DNA of 64,000 nucleotides. It comes from Lingula anatina. Its lineage: Eukaryota > Animalia > Brachiopoda. The position numbers and the translations under genes were made by a program. This document shows, in pieces, positions 38,701-52,071 of the stretch. Position 1 is the stretch's first letter. Every line of letters begins with the position of its first letter. The notes below the pieces were generated by a model, which did no database searches, was not told where the DNA came from, and saw only the letters and a list, made by a program, of their open reading frames with translations. The DNA is taken from positions 43,344,401 through 43,408,400 of the forward strand of contig CM120641.1 in assembly GCA_051362555.1 (NCBI GenBank), read 5' to 3'.

Positions 38701-40039
38701 CAAATCGCCTTCATTAAAAAGCTGTCAACTTTACTAATTGGGCAACTTTCACTTTTTCTTGTTCAATGCCCAAAATATCATGATCGTGACTCATAAAAAT
38801 GAGCTCAAAGTCCTAAAAGTTATTTTCCCCAAGGTTACATTCAGATCAAAGTCTCTGTAGTTTTATTTTGTCACATGCAATGACTCTTAAATTAGCTTCT
38901 GGATGTGCACGGGTCTCAGATTAACACTGTTTTAGACCATGCAATTGAAGACCCCATGAACACAAGAACAAAATTAAACCAAAAAGCTCTGTAGGAACAC
39001 GTATCTAGGAGATGATAAAACATCTAAGAAGCACTTGCCAAGGGACAAATTACAATTTGTCAAGTGTCCTCTATGCCACATTTGGTTTAATATCATTTGA
39101 ATCATAATGGATGATCCAATAAACATAACATACTTCATATTACACTGTGATGGATGCCTGATAAAACTGGACAATAGCTAAAATTGGACGCCTTGGGTCC
39201 ATTTTTTCAAGTTTTAATGCATTCTTCCAACTTTGTCTCAGCCACCAAACTCAAGGGAAAGAAGCCGAAGAAGTGTTTGGAAATGAAAGTTTCTAAGGCT
39301 GTATTCCAAGAGCTTTTAGATCGATCTATCCCCGCGGGGAGTCTCACTAGATTACTGTCAGATAATCCGGCTTAAATGTCCGTCCCGCCTACTACAAGCT
39401 GTAAGGGGGTAATTAACTTTCGTGTCCGCTCGGCTGACAGCTATTTAGCGTGAACCCCCAGGGAGTTAGGTCGATCTAAAGTAGATCGATCTAATCTCTG
39501 GAAATGGGGTCTAAGAAAGTATTAAAAAATTCTTCTTTTGAACACTTTTGTAAAACACAGATTCATCACAAACCATCTCTCCTTTCAAGGAAGTTGATGC
39601 TAATCATAATTACCCCCACCAGGACATTTATTTTAACTTTTTATTGACCTATTAAGTAAAGTCAATAGCTGACTCGTATGTCCACAACATATTGTGTGAC
39701 AACAGTAAAAAAATAACTTATTCACATGAGTTGATGAAAATAATGGGTATAATTACAATTAGTATTAAACAGTTAGATTTTGGTGGTGATTCATTAATTA
39801 ACCAATAATAAGAATGGTGCTGCCTTCGTTGAGGTGCCTTCTCTGGCTGCTTTACTAGTTATGACTCTTTCTTTTCTTTTTTGGATATACTTAACTAATA
39901 TACTAATGAGATAATAATTAATGACTCAATACTCACGTAGTAAGAATCCTATAAAGAAGCATCGTTCATCTATGATAGACACAGCAGAGTGCATCAGGAC
40001 CAATAAGCAAAACAAGAATGTAAGTATTGATATACTCAT
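26038..40039 (-). CDS. Type I membrane single-EGF growth factor precursor (EGFR ligand, TGF-alpha/Spitz/Keren-like), 221 aa
   Basis: Phase-compatible GT-AG exons: 40039-39937 (signal peptide MSISILTFLFCLLVLMHSAVS), 37335-37131, 30034-29985, 29618-29525 (TM VAAGIGVAVFVVVIIIVAVVAYIV), 28022-27905 and 26133-26038, total 666 nt. EGF domain CTHDEVFKAKCLNAGQCVALQISASNREVTCH|CKRGYSGTRCEY with a phase-2 intron between Cys4 and Cys5. Exon 1 is the least certain. Confidence 0.88.
26904..27095. mobile_element. Degenerate palindromic MITE
   Basis: AAGGGCTTCTTTGAACTGGAAA versus TTTCAAGTTTAAAGAAGCCCTT (20/22 inverted match), plus internal symmetry. Confidence 0.65.
29013..29082. repeat. (TG)n(AG)n compound microsatellite
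   Basis: Directly visible. Confidence 0.95.
29718..29760. repeat. (GT)n microsatellite
   Basis: Directly visible. Confidence 0.95.
30380..30670. mobile_element. hAT-like MITE (CARGGTTGCCAAC TIR)
   Basis: CAAGGTTGCCAAC ... GTTGGCAACCCTG. The flanks ATACATGA/ATATATAA resemble a decayed 8-bp TSD. Confidence 0.6.
30704..30788 (-). CDS. Candidate alternative terminal exon of the EGF-ligand gene (variant C-loop, no TM)
   Basis: Branch point CTAAC, pyrimidine tract and CAG acceptor in phase 2. Encodes CNSMVDTPTCCHLPCLLTTYSSSMLFW* with C-x8-C spacing. Confidence 0.5.
39297..39511. mobile_element. PIF/Harbinger-like MITE, family 1, copy 2, TSD TAA
   Basis: Homologous to 2877-3103, with TAA on both sides. 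Confidence 0.85.
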
Positions 40040-41766
40040 CGGACTGAGAAAGAGACAGCTTCAGTCAAGATATCAGAGAAGGACAGCTACTACAGCAGTA
40101 AAACTGATTTCCAACCAATCAGTTTTCTTTACTAAGTGAAATTCTAGGTAAATGGAACTTTTCAAATCTCCCTCCTAGTCACGTCTTTTGCTCTGTTGGG
40201 TACTTCCAAGAGTACAGCATTCTCAATGAAAACTGCAAATTTTCTCCAATCTGTTGGGTAGATGTACTAACAACAAATCCCAGGGGTGACTCTGATTTCC
40301 GCGATACCAGTAGACTCCACAAAGTCCTCAAAACCACTAAGTACTAAAACATGTAAATACTTCCAACGTTGCCAATACAACAGATAGGTGCAGTTTTGAC
40401 TTCAAATGAAATCCTCCTCAAGCTAAGTGAATACCAAGTAGCAGGTCATCTCTGTGTGTATTTTATGCTAAGAGGGGCAATTTTCTAAATAAGCTTTCCT
40501 ATGTTTAACCACCATTCACCGTTTTTTCCATACCACACACGTCATTAAGTGTCATAGCCTCGAGACAGCCCTCTTTCCTTCTGCGGCGCTATGTCAGGCA
40601 GCTGTCAACAGGCTAACACCCAACCAAATAGAAAGTCTGTCTACTCACACATACACACACACACACAGACCGACCATATATTCTCTTATTTAAAGCAAAC
40701 GGAATACCGCGACCATTATGGAAATTAATGCGAGACCGGAAAAGGTACAAAAAGAAACATTATGCACAAAATTAAACATCCATGTTTTTTACAACAGTTT
40801 TAAAACTATGACTGCCCTGGTACGTGGATGGCCAAAATGTCGCCAAGAATTCATGGTACCAGGTGTTGCATTCCACAGGAAAGAGCCACGGACTGTATGC
40901 AGCACATGGCACTCTGAAGAATACTTGTTCAACTAAATTATTTCCCTTAAAAGACTACAAATAATCTAATAGAACCATACTCCCACTATTCTCAAATCTC
41001 TGGACTGTCTACCACATGAAATGCTTAACAGAGTTACGCGGGACGTCAATTTCCTACTCAATTTTCCCTGTTGACCTCTAAATGGGCATCTAACATGGTT
41101 ATGGTATTATCTAAACAAATTAGGAGATTATGAGCAATAGATGGAGCTGATCTTCTACTGTGATAAACTGATTTCTATTTCACAAAATGCCAATTTCACA
41201 TCATGCTGTACACTTGTCTCAATATGGCAATATATGGCAATGTTTTAAGAGATTGCTCACTCCACAGACTGGTTATGACATAAGACAGTCATCTAAATGA
41301 AGCCCCATGCTTGGTTAACTGGATTACTTGTGATTGATCCAATCAGTTTGAAGTCTTGCGAAAGGAAGCCCCCCCCCCTCCTTCACCGATAGCATTATTA
41401 CATGTTAAGACCAATCAAAATACTGTGATACAGATGGGTATGCCACACAATGTGATAAGGGCCTAAGATTCCGTCTCTAACCATGCATGATGATGATGGG
41501 ACAGATGTGGCATTAATGAGTTAATTATTAATCAGTTATTTCTTTTTTATATTCATTCACTTATTCACCTATTCATATATTCAGTTATAGATCTGTTTAA
41601 GCTGTTTCAGTTTCTACATATTAAAAGTGAAAGTGTGCTTGAATTCTTCCATCCAACAATTCAATTACAACATTCCTGACAATTCCTTAAAGTTGCATCA
41701 GACTTGCTGAGTTCAGAAGACTGCAACTTTTCATAACCTCTTTAGTCAAAGAACAAAAATCTATCA

Positions 41767-41935
41767 CAGGGGCGGATTTAGGGCGTCTTCTGAGTCTTCC
41801 GGAAGACGGTCAGATTTTCAAGTTTTACATTGACGGGTATCTAATATTTTCTGTCGGAAGACGGTCAAAAATAGAGGATGGATTAACAAAGATAATTTGG
41901 AAGACTGTCAGAAAATATCTCTGGATCCGCCGCTG
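41767..41935. mobile_element. MITE family 2, copy 2 (5-bp TSD TATCA)
   Basis: Homologous to 5034-5198. TATCA at 41762-41766 and 41936-41940. Confidence 0.9.
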
Positions 41936-44900
41936 TATCAGACTTGTCATTTGTTCCATGGCAAGAAAATTAGAAACGTTTTGATTCAGGCTTTATTAGT
42001 TTTATCAAATCAACTTTGCTATGAATTATAACTGCTAGTGATACTCTGTATGGGAAGCAGAAATCATTAAGTTGATTCAAATCAAACATTACTGAACAAA
42101 CCATTAACATCTTACCTTTACTGAAATGCTTTACATGAATTGTTTTCTCAACAATTATAATGCAATTGAAATTACTTGAGATTGTTAGCCTAAAATAAGG
42201 CTGTTAGCGCTGCCTGATGTCATAAAAACTAGTTAACAAGTTAGAGTTTGTATGAGGTGAGATGGGGATACATTTTTGCAATAAAGGTGAAACACTAGGC
42301 GCTGAGAATGTCATTTTAGAATGCAATACAAAAGTAACATGGTGAAACATGGTGAATACATACTAAGAGTACATACCCTGCAAGATTTTTTTTTCAGTTT
42401 GGGCTATCTCTGAGTATGACCACTGTTTTTAACTACATTTCCTTAAAAGTATGTGAGGTCACTTTTTAAAAATTCTACACATTAAATTTTGTTACCAGTC
42501 TCACCTGTAAGGGACAGTAATGCGGAACATAGTACAAAACCAAAGGCAACCACAGGCTGGTTTATGTACACCATCTTTATTGGTTTCATTGTAGAGGTTT
42601 CTGGAATCTCTTTCTTCAGTCACTTGGTATGATGCTGCACCAGTCGATTAGCTCTGTAAGGACAAAAAAATTGATTAAGCACAAGGAAAAGGCATATTAT
42701 TTTTAATCCAACATGTGTTTTACACTTTAAATTCACTTGACTGTAAGTGGCCAATGAAAAAGTGCACTGCAATGAAAGCAAAGTGAAATGAACCCCATCA
42801 ATACAATTTATATAGCAAACAAATTCCACATGGAAACATTAACAAAATTTCTCACTTCCTTTTCCCATTTCACTATTCAACCATCAATTTTCATCAAAAA
42901 TAAACTTTGTCTCATTTATTAAAAGACATGTATCCAGTAGAAGAATTAAAAAGAAGTTTCAATATTCAGAAACACTTCGCTTCATTAATTAATTTCACCT
43001 TCTTTCAAAAAGCATCTTTAAAAGGTTTGCAAATTGGTCACTGATCTGCGTAATACTATCTGACATTAAAACAGCAAGAAGCAGGAAGGACTACACAAAG
43101 AAATCCCACTAATCACTTAAATTACAACATAACGTCATATCACAAAGTGCTAACATCATATCTACTGGACATGGCTCAATACCGTTCTCTTAAAAGTGTC
43201 ATAATTTTGGAAAGAAATGTGGTTTTCAAGGAATAAATATCTACTAAAATTTTTGGAAGAACATTAAATTAACCACAAATAGAGGACATCAACACAGGAC
43301 CATGTAAGATCTCATAAAATAGTAAACAAATGCTTAAATAAATGAAGCAATGGTTTTGCACACATTGGACTTTTCAAATTTTCAAGTGAGTAAACAAAAT
43401 TACAATTCATCAGAGCTCTGTTACAGCTATTTCCCATGACATCAACAGCTACTGAACTGAGTGATTTTCAGGATTTAATGTCCTGCTACGCATGAAGGTC
43501 ATGAGGTCGGCCAAGATGTATTATGTACGAGGAACCCCGCCGGAAATGCTCGGTTACACTCGCTTAGGCCCAGTGACATCACACCAAAATAGGAAACCAC
43601 AGTCTGCCTTAAAATTTTATGCAGTTCCTGGTGTCTTTTTATGAAGAAATAATTATTAATCATCTCATGAAATAAGTTAAAATACCTGACACTTGGCTAA
43701 GATTGTGCTGAGATTATATGTTCAATTAAAAAAAAAATTTACAATTCATCAAGTTGTAAATCTTTGCCCTCCTCACAGTTCTGGTTGTATTCAAAGAGAC
43801 ATGCATTAGACAAGTTATGTTATGACTTTTCCTACACAATAATGATGAAAAAAAAGCAATGTTTTTATTAATTCTTCACTTGAAACAACAATCATCAAAA
43901 TCTAACATTGAGTTTTCCTTTTTCCTTCGGCCTTCATAATCAAACACGAATACCACACACACACACACACGCGCGCGCGCTCTTGCACAAACACTGACAA
44001 TTTACTCACTCTTAACATCAACAGTACTTGTATATTACCTTAAATGTTGAGATGTTGAGGTCTGGGCCTCCCTTACACTTGCACTACTGTCCAAGCTTTT
44101 GCTATAAAAAATCCACAGGCAAAATCTGTTTCAGAAAATAAATCTCTTATTGATAAATTCACAAATCTGTAGTATATCTCTTGAAATATCTGATCCTCAC
44201 AAGTTTTCTGTTCCTGTAGGCTGTTAAATTTGCATGTTACACAATCTGTCCTATTCCTTCTCAATAATCCATTTACTACGGAATAGTTAGCCCTGGTGAG
44301 AAATCAATTGTACACACACTAGCAATCAATGGCACTGAATAGCTCTGATTCCAAACCCCCTGACTTTAAGTATTACTTCCACTTCGACTACTATAACCGC
44401 ATGGGGGCCTTAATTTCCTTCCTTGTTCTTTTTGACTTACTATATATTAGGATTGAAAGTGTTAATGTGGGGGAGGCATGTCCGAGTTTGGGCTATTCTT
44501 AGAACTTCCTGTGCGTATGTCCCTTTAATCATGACTAAATGCGCACTATGCAGGCCACAGAGAGGAACGTCCCCTTCACAAATAGATGGAACATTTATCA
44601 TCGCTTTAAATAAGGTCAACTCTGCGCTTACTGAGATGTTTATGGCAGGTATGAATGGACTTTTGGGTTTTATAATGGATTTACCCAGTGCAAAGATAAC
44701 AGAGTTAAAATATGGAAAACATGAGAAGAATGCAGCAGTCAGGAGGAATTGTGCCGCAAGACAACTCATTTAAGACCTTAAAAACAAACATGGTTGTGAA
44801 AATGCAAGTCAAATAAGGTCTTAATAATGGATGGGTTTCTAGGGCATCTACTGAGAACTCGTCAGATTAGTTGGGGGAGGAAAAAAACCATGCTAAGATC

Positions 44901-47900
44901 CAAATTGCACTTTCTCAAATTAACTCTAAACAGAAGTCACCCCTCCCCCCATAAAGATAAGTCACAAATTCTAATGGAAGAGAATTCAAGTCTGTGACAT
45001 TCATACACAACAAATCATAATACTTTTACAAATCATAGGAAAGAAACTCATACCGTGACAGTAAAAACTGATCATGCAGATTACTCATTATTTGTTAATT
45101 CAAACTTCCTGCCTACCTATATCTCTGCACAAATTAGGTAATACTAATAAACAAAAGTCATAACTTTATTTATATCAGTATAATAGGTCTCTTTTATCAC
45201 TGTCACCAGTGTCTCCAATCAGTAGAAAAGAACATTTCCTAAATGACCACGAGCCCACTGGCAGGCAAGACATTAATATCCTCACACTTGGGAACACAAA
45301 ATCCCACTATAATTTCCTTTTCTTTGATCTCCTATGATAAGCAAATCTGTCCATGTCAGAATGGAATAGTGAATGAGAAAATTGTTAACCACTCACAGGA
45401 AATATTGGGTTATCATTTGGATCTTTAAATCAAAAGAATTTTTCGCCATGTTACCGTGTAATTTCATGTGCCCTTCATATTTAAAGAATGTTATAACTAA
45501 ACCAAGAAGCAGCATCAATTCAAAATGGGATTTTAATTTTTGGCCTTTTCCGGTTTAATTAGTAATGTAAACCAATCAAATTTAGTCACATACCATATTA
45601 ATGAATGATGCATGTATATTCATATTTGCCTTTGTATTATGTTGTGTTTTTTTTCAGCACTTATCCCTAGAGTGACTATATATTCCCTATTTCATAGCAA
45701 AATTCAACTGACACTATAATTTCTTTATTCTTTGACAACCTCTGTGAGTCCCTTAATGCAGAGCTTTTCTTTTAATCTTCCAATCTGTCCACATGATTGA
45801 ATGAAATTGCAGTAAAGTAACTTTATACCTATTCCTTTGATGCCTTATGATCTGACATCAGCTCTTTACAGGACTCTGGCAATTAGAAAATGAACTGCAC
45901 TAGTTCTGTGGAGTCTCTTCAAACATAAAGGATATTAGTGTTGTAGAAATGTTGGTTTGTAATTACCACAGTCAATGTCAGCAATCATTACAATGTGTGC
46001 GACATTTTACTAGACTAACCGATTTCAATAGCATCCTTAATTCATTACTTTAAATCACAGTTGTTACATTTTATTTAGTCATCACATTTTATTTCAAGTT
46101 TGCCAGTTTTTAAACATCTCTAAAATCCCAAACTTTAAAAGGCTGGTTTTAATTGAAACTTGCAAAACACAAAGATATTTGTTTCACGATTGACATTTAT
46201 TTTATGCCATGCATGCTGTTCTGGAAATTTCAATTTATAAACAACAAATATTTTTGACAAACGGAAATATCAGAAGCAAACCCCCACAGCTGTACATGGT
46301 ATTTATCAATTGATCAATTGATATTGCAGCAGCGTGATTAATTGATGTTGATTAATCTTAGGAAGAAATTAGATGATACCCACACTAAAAGTCCTCTGTG
46401 ATTATTTTCCCCACCGCCTCTCCTTAGACAGTGTTACGTCAAATCGCTGTCAGGTTTTTAAGAATTTCTATAAAACACCGGAAGCTATGTGGGCATTGGA
46501 GAAAAGACTCATTTCAACTAGAATGATATACTTCTACCAGGCCCAGATAGCATTCATGCACAATCAACCATTTATCCAAACCATAACAACCTCATTATGT
46601 TTACAGCAGATAAAATAAAATTTCAAATGATGTTTGGGTCATGCCCTCCAAAGTTTTACAAACTGGGCAGTGCAAAATATATTTTTATAAACTGTTTATC
46701 TTATATTTTTTTAATGAAATCTTGAATCACCATGACCTGTAAACTTGTAGTCTGGTAAACCTCCAATTGTCTGCTAAACTGTCTGAGAAAAGGGTGCGGC
46801 GGGGATGGAGCACAATGTCAGTGAGTTTACACACTATGCCGATTTTTAGTCTTACTGGTGTAAGTTGACAGTGATGTTCATTATCACTTACGTATCACAT
46901 GTCACCGCTATTGTATTTATTCATTTTAGGTTCAGAAGTTATTGTTGTAGTATGAATGGACAGAAAGCTGTTTAAAATCCACAAAAATGTGTCATTTACT
47001 GTTATCTAGAAAAAAATCTTTAATATTTCAGAAATGTTTCACTTGGTTTCCTGGGAAGAAACAAAATAACTCTACTAATTCTTTCTGGGTTGAAGTTTTT
47101 TTTTTTTTTTTTTGTTTTTTTTTTTTTTTTGTTTTTTTTTGGGGGGGGGGGGGCAGAGGATGCAGTGTAAAAAAAGTTACTATAAAACCCACAAAAAATT
47201 ATAACTAGCTGCATCATGTTTGCCATAATTGTTGTACTTGGCTGGTTTATTGGCTTTACCAAAAGGAGAAATGTCCTTAACTCACTCTTTCTCTCTCCCT
47301 CTCTTGCAGACTGGGTGTCCAAATTATCTTTTATAATGTTGAAATTTGAGAAAGGAGATTATGACCCTTGACTTTCATAGTTGGATAAAACCCTGCCTGA
47401 TGTTGATATATATTCACATTTATCTACTTATAGCTTACAGCCAAACATGTTCATTACTTTTGAAAAGATTAGAGATGACACCAAGAAATAAGACTGCTTA
47501 AAACATTTAAGGTCAAACTTTCAGTGAAGTGATCATCTACCATCCTCAAAACTGAGTTACGGACACCTTTTAATCTGGGTCACTTTCAGAAGTCAATATT
47601 CAGACACCATCTGTTCCTTATTGATTCCCACTTCTAAGCTGCTAGGTTCTTCTCTCCCACCTTATTCACCATTCCGAAAAAGAACATTTGTTAAAACTAT
47701 GTCATGCCATTTTTTTTCTACAATATTCCTGTGCAGATTTTTTCCCTCTTTTTTTCTCTTGGGATTTTTGATTAAGATGTGTTTGTGTTGGCAGAGGAAC
47801 TGAGACTTTTTGTACAGATAATGTGATTCTCATGCTGGCTTATTGTACAAGATGAATCTTTTTCAGACAGGAAGTCTTTTGTTGACTTCTGCAGACTTTT

Positions 47901-50753
47901 GAGATAACAGCTGAAATCTTTCCAATTAGAAAAACTTCCAAAGAATATTCTGAGAATTCAATTTATAAATCAAACTACATCAAAATGACTATATAGTGAA
48001 CTATGTAAAATTCAGGAAAAAAGGATCTTTGATCAGTCCTGTTGAAGGGTCATGCATCAACTTATCCCCATCCTGGAGAAGGTGCAGCTGGCCTTATGAA
48101 CAAACAATCATTTTATCACTAAAAGGATTCGACTGGCATCTATTAATTAGCTTTTTTTAATAACCGTTAATCATTTAATGCAGCGTATTATGCCAAGGAC
48201 GGACTATGGAGAGCCCTCACTAAGCAGAGTCCTTAATCAATATGCCATAAATGGTAGTCAGATCTTATTCTATTAAATCAAGATACTTCAGAGTAAATTT
48301 CATACAGTTTCGTCAATCAGAAGTTAAGTAAGAACTTCTGCACAATCAATATCTAGTTCACCCCTCCCTCTCTCATCTTTCAATATAGCTGTTGATTCAA
48401 GAAACTGACCAAACCTAATTCAATTGAATCCCAAAACTGATGAAATATATTTCATTAATCAAAATGCTACAGGTGTTCCACTTTGAACTGCAGAATGAAG
48501 ATGCCACCTTGCCTGCAGCAATGAAATACTACTAACCAACTGCTCAAGGTCAAAAGAACAGTGTCTGCCCACGGATTGTTTACTGTTAGTAAAAGTCAAA
48601 AAATTATTGAGATAAACAACCAACAAACACACACTCAAGTTTGGAGGAGTAGGAGTAAGAGAAGAAGCAGCAGCACCAGTAGAAAAAGAAATACAAGAAT
48701 ATGAGGAAGAAGATAAGAGACATGGAAGTGGGAAAGACAATGGAAATTTATTTCCAGTCTGTTAAGAAGATCGGCATGCATAATAAATATCTAAAACTAA
48801 TTAACTAAAACTACATTAAAAATGTACTCTTAAAGGCCATACAGCATTGGCATCTCAGAGCTGTTTAAATTGGATAAATTAAGTCAATGTTAAATTGCAA
48901 AATAATGATTACAATAATACATTTTAAAAAGAAGAAACCTTTGGCTATAAGCAAAAGTTATAGATAAAATTATATTACAAAATACAAAAATATTATCACT
49001 TCTTGGTTCTACTTCAGGAGCTCCTCCAGTTCTAAATCCAATCAGGAAGAAACAAATACATATTTGTGGCATTTCTAATAAAGTAACTTCCTTATTGTAT
49101 TCATATCTAAACAGAATACCCCAGGAAAAATGGCTCATCCTACGTCTTCTGGCGTTTAGAAAAGGATGCGAACATGCATGTGTAAGACCTGTTTCAGATG
49201 TCTTATATGGAAGAAAAAATACAATAAATCATTTGTTTTTAGATTTTACAATTTTCAGATGTTATCAAGCTTAACATTTTTTCTGCTTTTATTCCAATGG
49301 GTTGTTTCATCTTTCTGTATCTGATTTCATGAACAAACCGAGGTTAATATACTAATCCTTTCTATTCTACATGCTGAGAAACTTGGGTTCTTGACATTCA
49401 AGTCTCTCTGCTTGTAAACATGTTCCACAAATAAGTTATTTCTATTAAGAAACATAAGTTATATGATAACTATATGTCAGTTTAGCAGCCCCAAAGGATG
49501 TAAAGAAGGACAGGAAGGCAGTATTTCCCTCTAAGATTTGGATAAACAAGTTTCTGTTGCAGTTTTTTGGTGTTTTGATAACTTTTCTTGACATTTAACA
49601 AGGTCACACTTGTGATTATCAATGTCACACTACCGCCTTGAGTGACAAAATGGCTTCAAATATCACATTTAATTTTTTTGTATTTTTCTCAAATTAAAAT
49701 GTATAAAAGATAACAAGACAATATGTGCTAGTAATTAGAAAAAATTTAAACATAAAAGCTGTTTTAACAAATATTGTACACATCATAATTCTGATTAACC
49801 TATTTCATTGAACCAGAAATGAAGATTAAGAAAACAGAGTTCAACTCATAGAAATGAAGCACTGGGGGGAGTTTATAATGATCGTACCCCACCAACTACA
49901 CAGAACCAACATCACTGATTCATAACATAGAAAAAAAAAAAAGATTCTGAGTCATACAAAGCTGACTTCATGTGATTTCACAACAAGAGAAAAAAGCACT
50001 GTCTCAGAACTTAATTCCATTTTTCAATTGCAACAGATTACAAAGATAATTTGGCATTTTGCCTTCAGAGACAGTTCAAAACATTAAAAAAAATTACAAT
50101 GCCATCATACTCTAAGAATACATGAACAGTTTTTTCTAGGAAACTCATTACATCATGCTGACGGTGTCATGAATCAGATGATCCTTCCATTTTGGTGAAG
50201 CCTAGTCAGAAATCTCTAAGGAATGCCCTTTAGGTTAATTTTTCTGTTATAGGAACTGGGAATTCCAAAAAAAAAAAAAAGTTTCCCAAAAGGATATATA
50301 ATAGTACACCTTTGTTTAAAATTACCAGGTAATTTCCTAGTATTGCATGTCTTATATTTATAATAACCTGCAGCACTTTGATTTCCCATTATATTTATGC
50401 TAATAAATATGGACAAATACAAACAAATCTAAGAAAACAATCTTACTTCTTCATATATACATTCAATCATAAACAAAGCTAAGGAAAAATAATTTAGTTG
50501 CAGGATAAGAAAAGTAAATTAGGAACATGTCATGACAATGAACAGGCAACATATACAGTCATTTCTTCTTGGTCCTTATCCAGCTAATCCATCTTGTACA
50601 ATTACACATAATTCTATTAGCACAAACTTTAGATGTGCCGATTTGATTATGTACTTAAATTATGTGTAAATTTGATGATGAAGCTTGGGTAATAATGTTG
50701 CTTAGACCATTTCTGAGTACACTAAAACAATAACAGGCCTCATAAACGATAAT

Positions 50754-51690
50754 AGAGTCTTTTCCACGAAATCGTGAGCATGCGCAGTTCGCGCCATTTT
50801 GTGCGGGACTGTTTCTCAGGGGGAAAGAGTAGAAGGGGCCTTCGGTACTTTTGTAGTATACCCCCCCCCCCCACCCTGTAACTTTCTGTAACTTTCACTT
50901 TTCAAACAGTTTTTTACATTTTATTGTTTATATATGTCAAAGCTGTTGAAATAAAATGCTTTTGTAATTACCTGTGGACTTTTTATTAGTGTTAATCACG
51001 TTTAATCCAGCCCATTGAAATACAAAGTTAGAATCTTCAATTTACACCCGCAGTCAATAACTTGCCGCATTTTCGTTGGCTAACTCTAAGGTAATTTTAT
51101 GTGAACAAGTAGCTCATAATAATTTCACAGAGGAAATCTAAGTATACAATGTATCAATCCTATGTTCACATAAAATAAGGTAGAGTTAGCCAACGAAAAC
51201 GCAGCAAGCTGCGGTTACATTGTAAATTTTCACATTGTATTTCAATGGGGTGGATTAAATGTGATTAAAACTGGTAATTACAAAAACATTTTATTTCAAC
51301 AGCTTTGACATAGGTGCAAAAATGACACTGTAAAAAAATGTTTGAAAAATGAAGGTTTCAGGAAGTTACAGGTGGGGGGGGGGGGATACTACAAAAGTAC
51401 CCAATGTCCTATCTTTGCTGTCGATTAGGTACGTTTTTAGTTCTTTCATTGAAAAGTCATCAGGTACTTCTGCTAAATTTCTATTCCAACTGCTCCCATG
51501 AATGTGTTTTCGAAAAAAATCAGGTGTTAACATGTTACGAAACTTTGAAAATTCAGATTGAAATGAGCACTCCTCGATATGGCGTCCGTCGTGTACACTC
51601 CACACTTTCCCCCTGAAACTTCAAATCCCGCAAAATCTCGCGTTCCCACGGATAATTTAGCGGAAGTCACGTGACCCTGGAAAAGCCTCT
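50754..51690 (-). mobile_element. Internally deleted DNA transposon (ISL2EU-like, AT flanks) with a coding remnant
   Basis: TIR AGAGTCTTTTCCA / TGGAAAAGCCTCT with AT on both sides. The minus-strand remnant WNRNLAEVPDDFSMKELKTYLIDSKDRT resembles, from memory, the N-terminus of SWIM/YqaJ accessory proteins. Confidence 0.55.
50844..51401. mobile_element. Foldback element of about 560 bp with inverted arms of about 250 bp
   Basis: GGTACTTTTGTAGTAT(A)CCCC... versus ...GGGGATACTACAAAAGTACC. The arms pair inward to about 51105/51163. No TSD. Confidence 0.85.
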
Positions 51691-51818
51691 ATTGCCCTTT
51701 TCTAACTCGAAAGCCTCAGATTTGGGAGCGCAAATTAACTACCTTAGCATAGAAATACTTGCCACAAGCTTAGCCTTTCATTATAAGCCCTGAATTATTC
51801 TATCCATTTGTTTTCTAT

Positions 51819-52071
51819 GCCCTGTTTCCATAGACACAATCAGCCTACGTAGCTCGATCCAACTCTGTGGGACTCTCGCTGAGTGCAATCAGCTTAATTT
51901 TAATGACAAGCCTCCTCTTGGTTCCAACGTACTCCTATAATCACCAAATTTTTGATATTCTACTCAATGCTGGGAGGAGGCCTGTAATTCAGTTAAAATG
52001 ACTGCACTCAGGGAGAGTCCCCGCAGAGTTGGATTGATCAACATAGACCAATGGTGTTTACGGGAATGGAA
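51819..52071. mobile_element. Palindromic MITE, probably related to family 1
   Basis: TCGATCCAACTCTGTGGGACTCTCGCTGAGTGCAATCA pairs with TGACTGCACTCAGGGAGAGTCCCCGCAGAGTTGGATTGA. The terminus CCCTGTTTCCATAGA resembles that of the 2877 copy. Confidence 0.7.

Noticed and set aside
44423-44773. Overlapping 116-aa and 109-aa ORFs on opposite strands
   Set aside because: No recognisable motif or exon boundaries, so probably chance.
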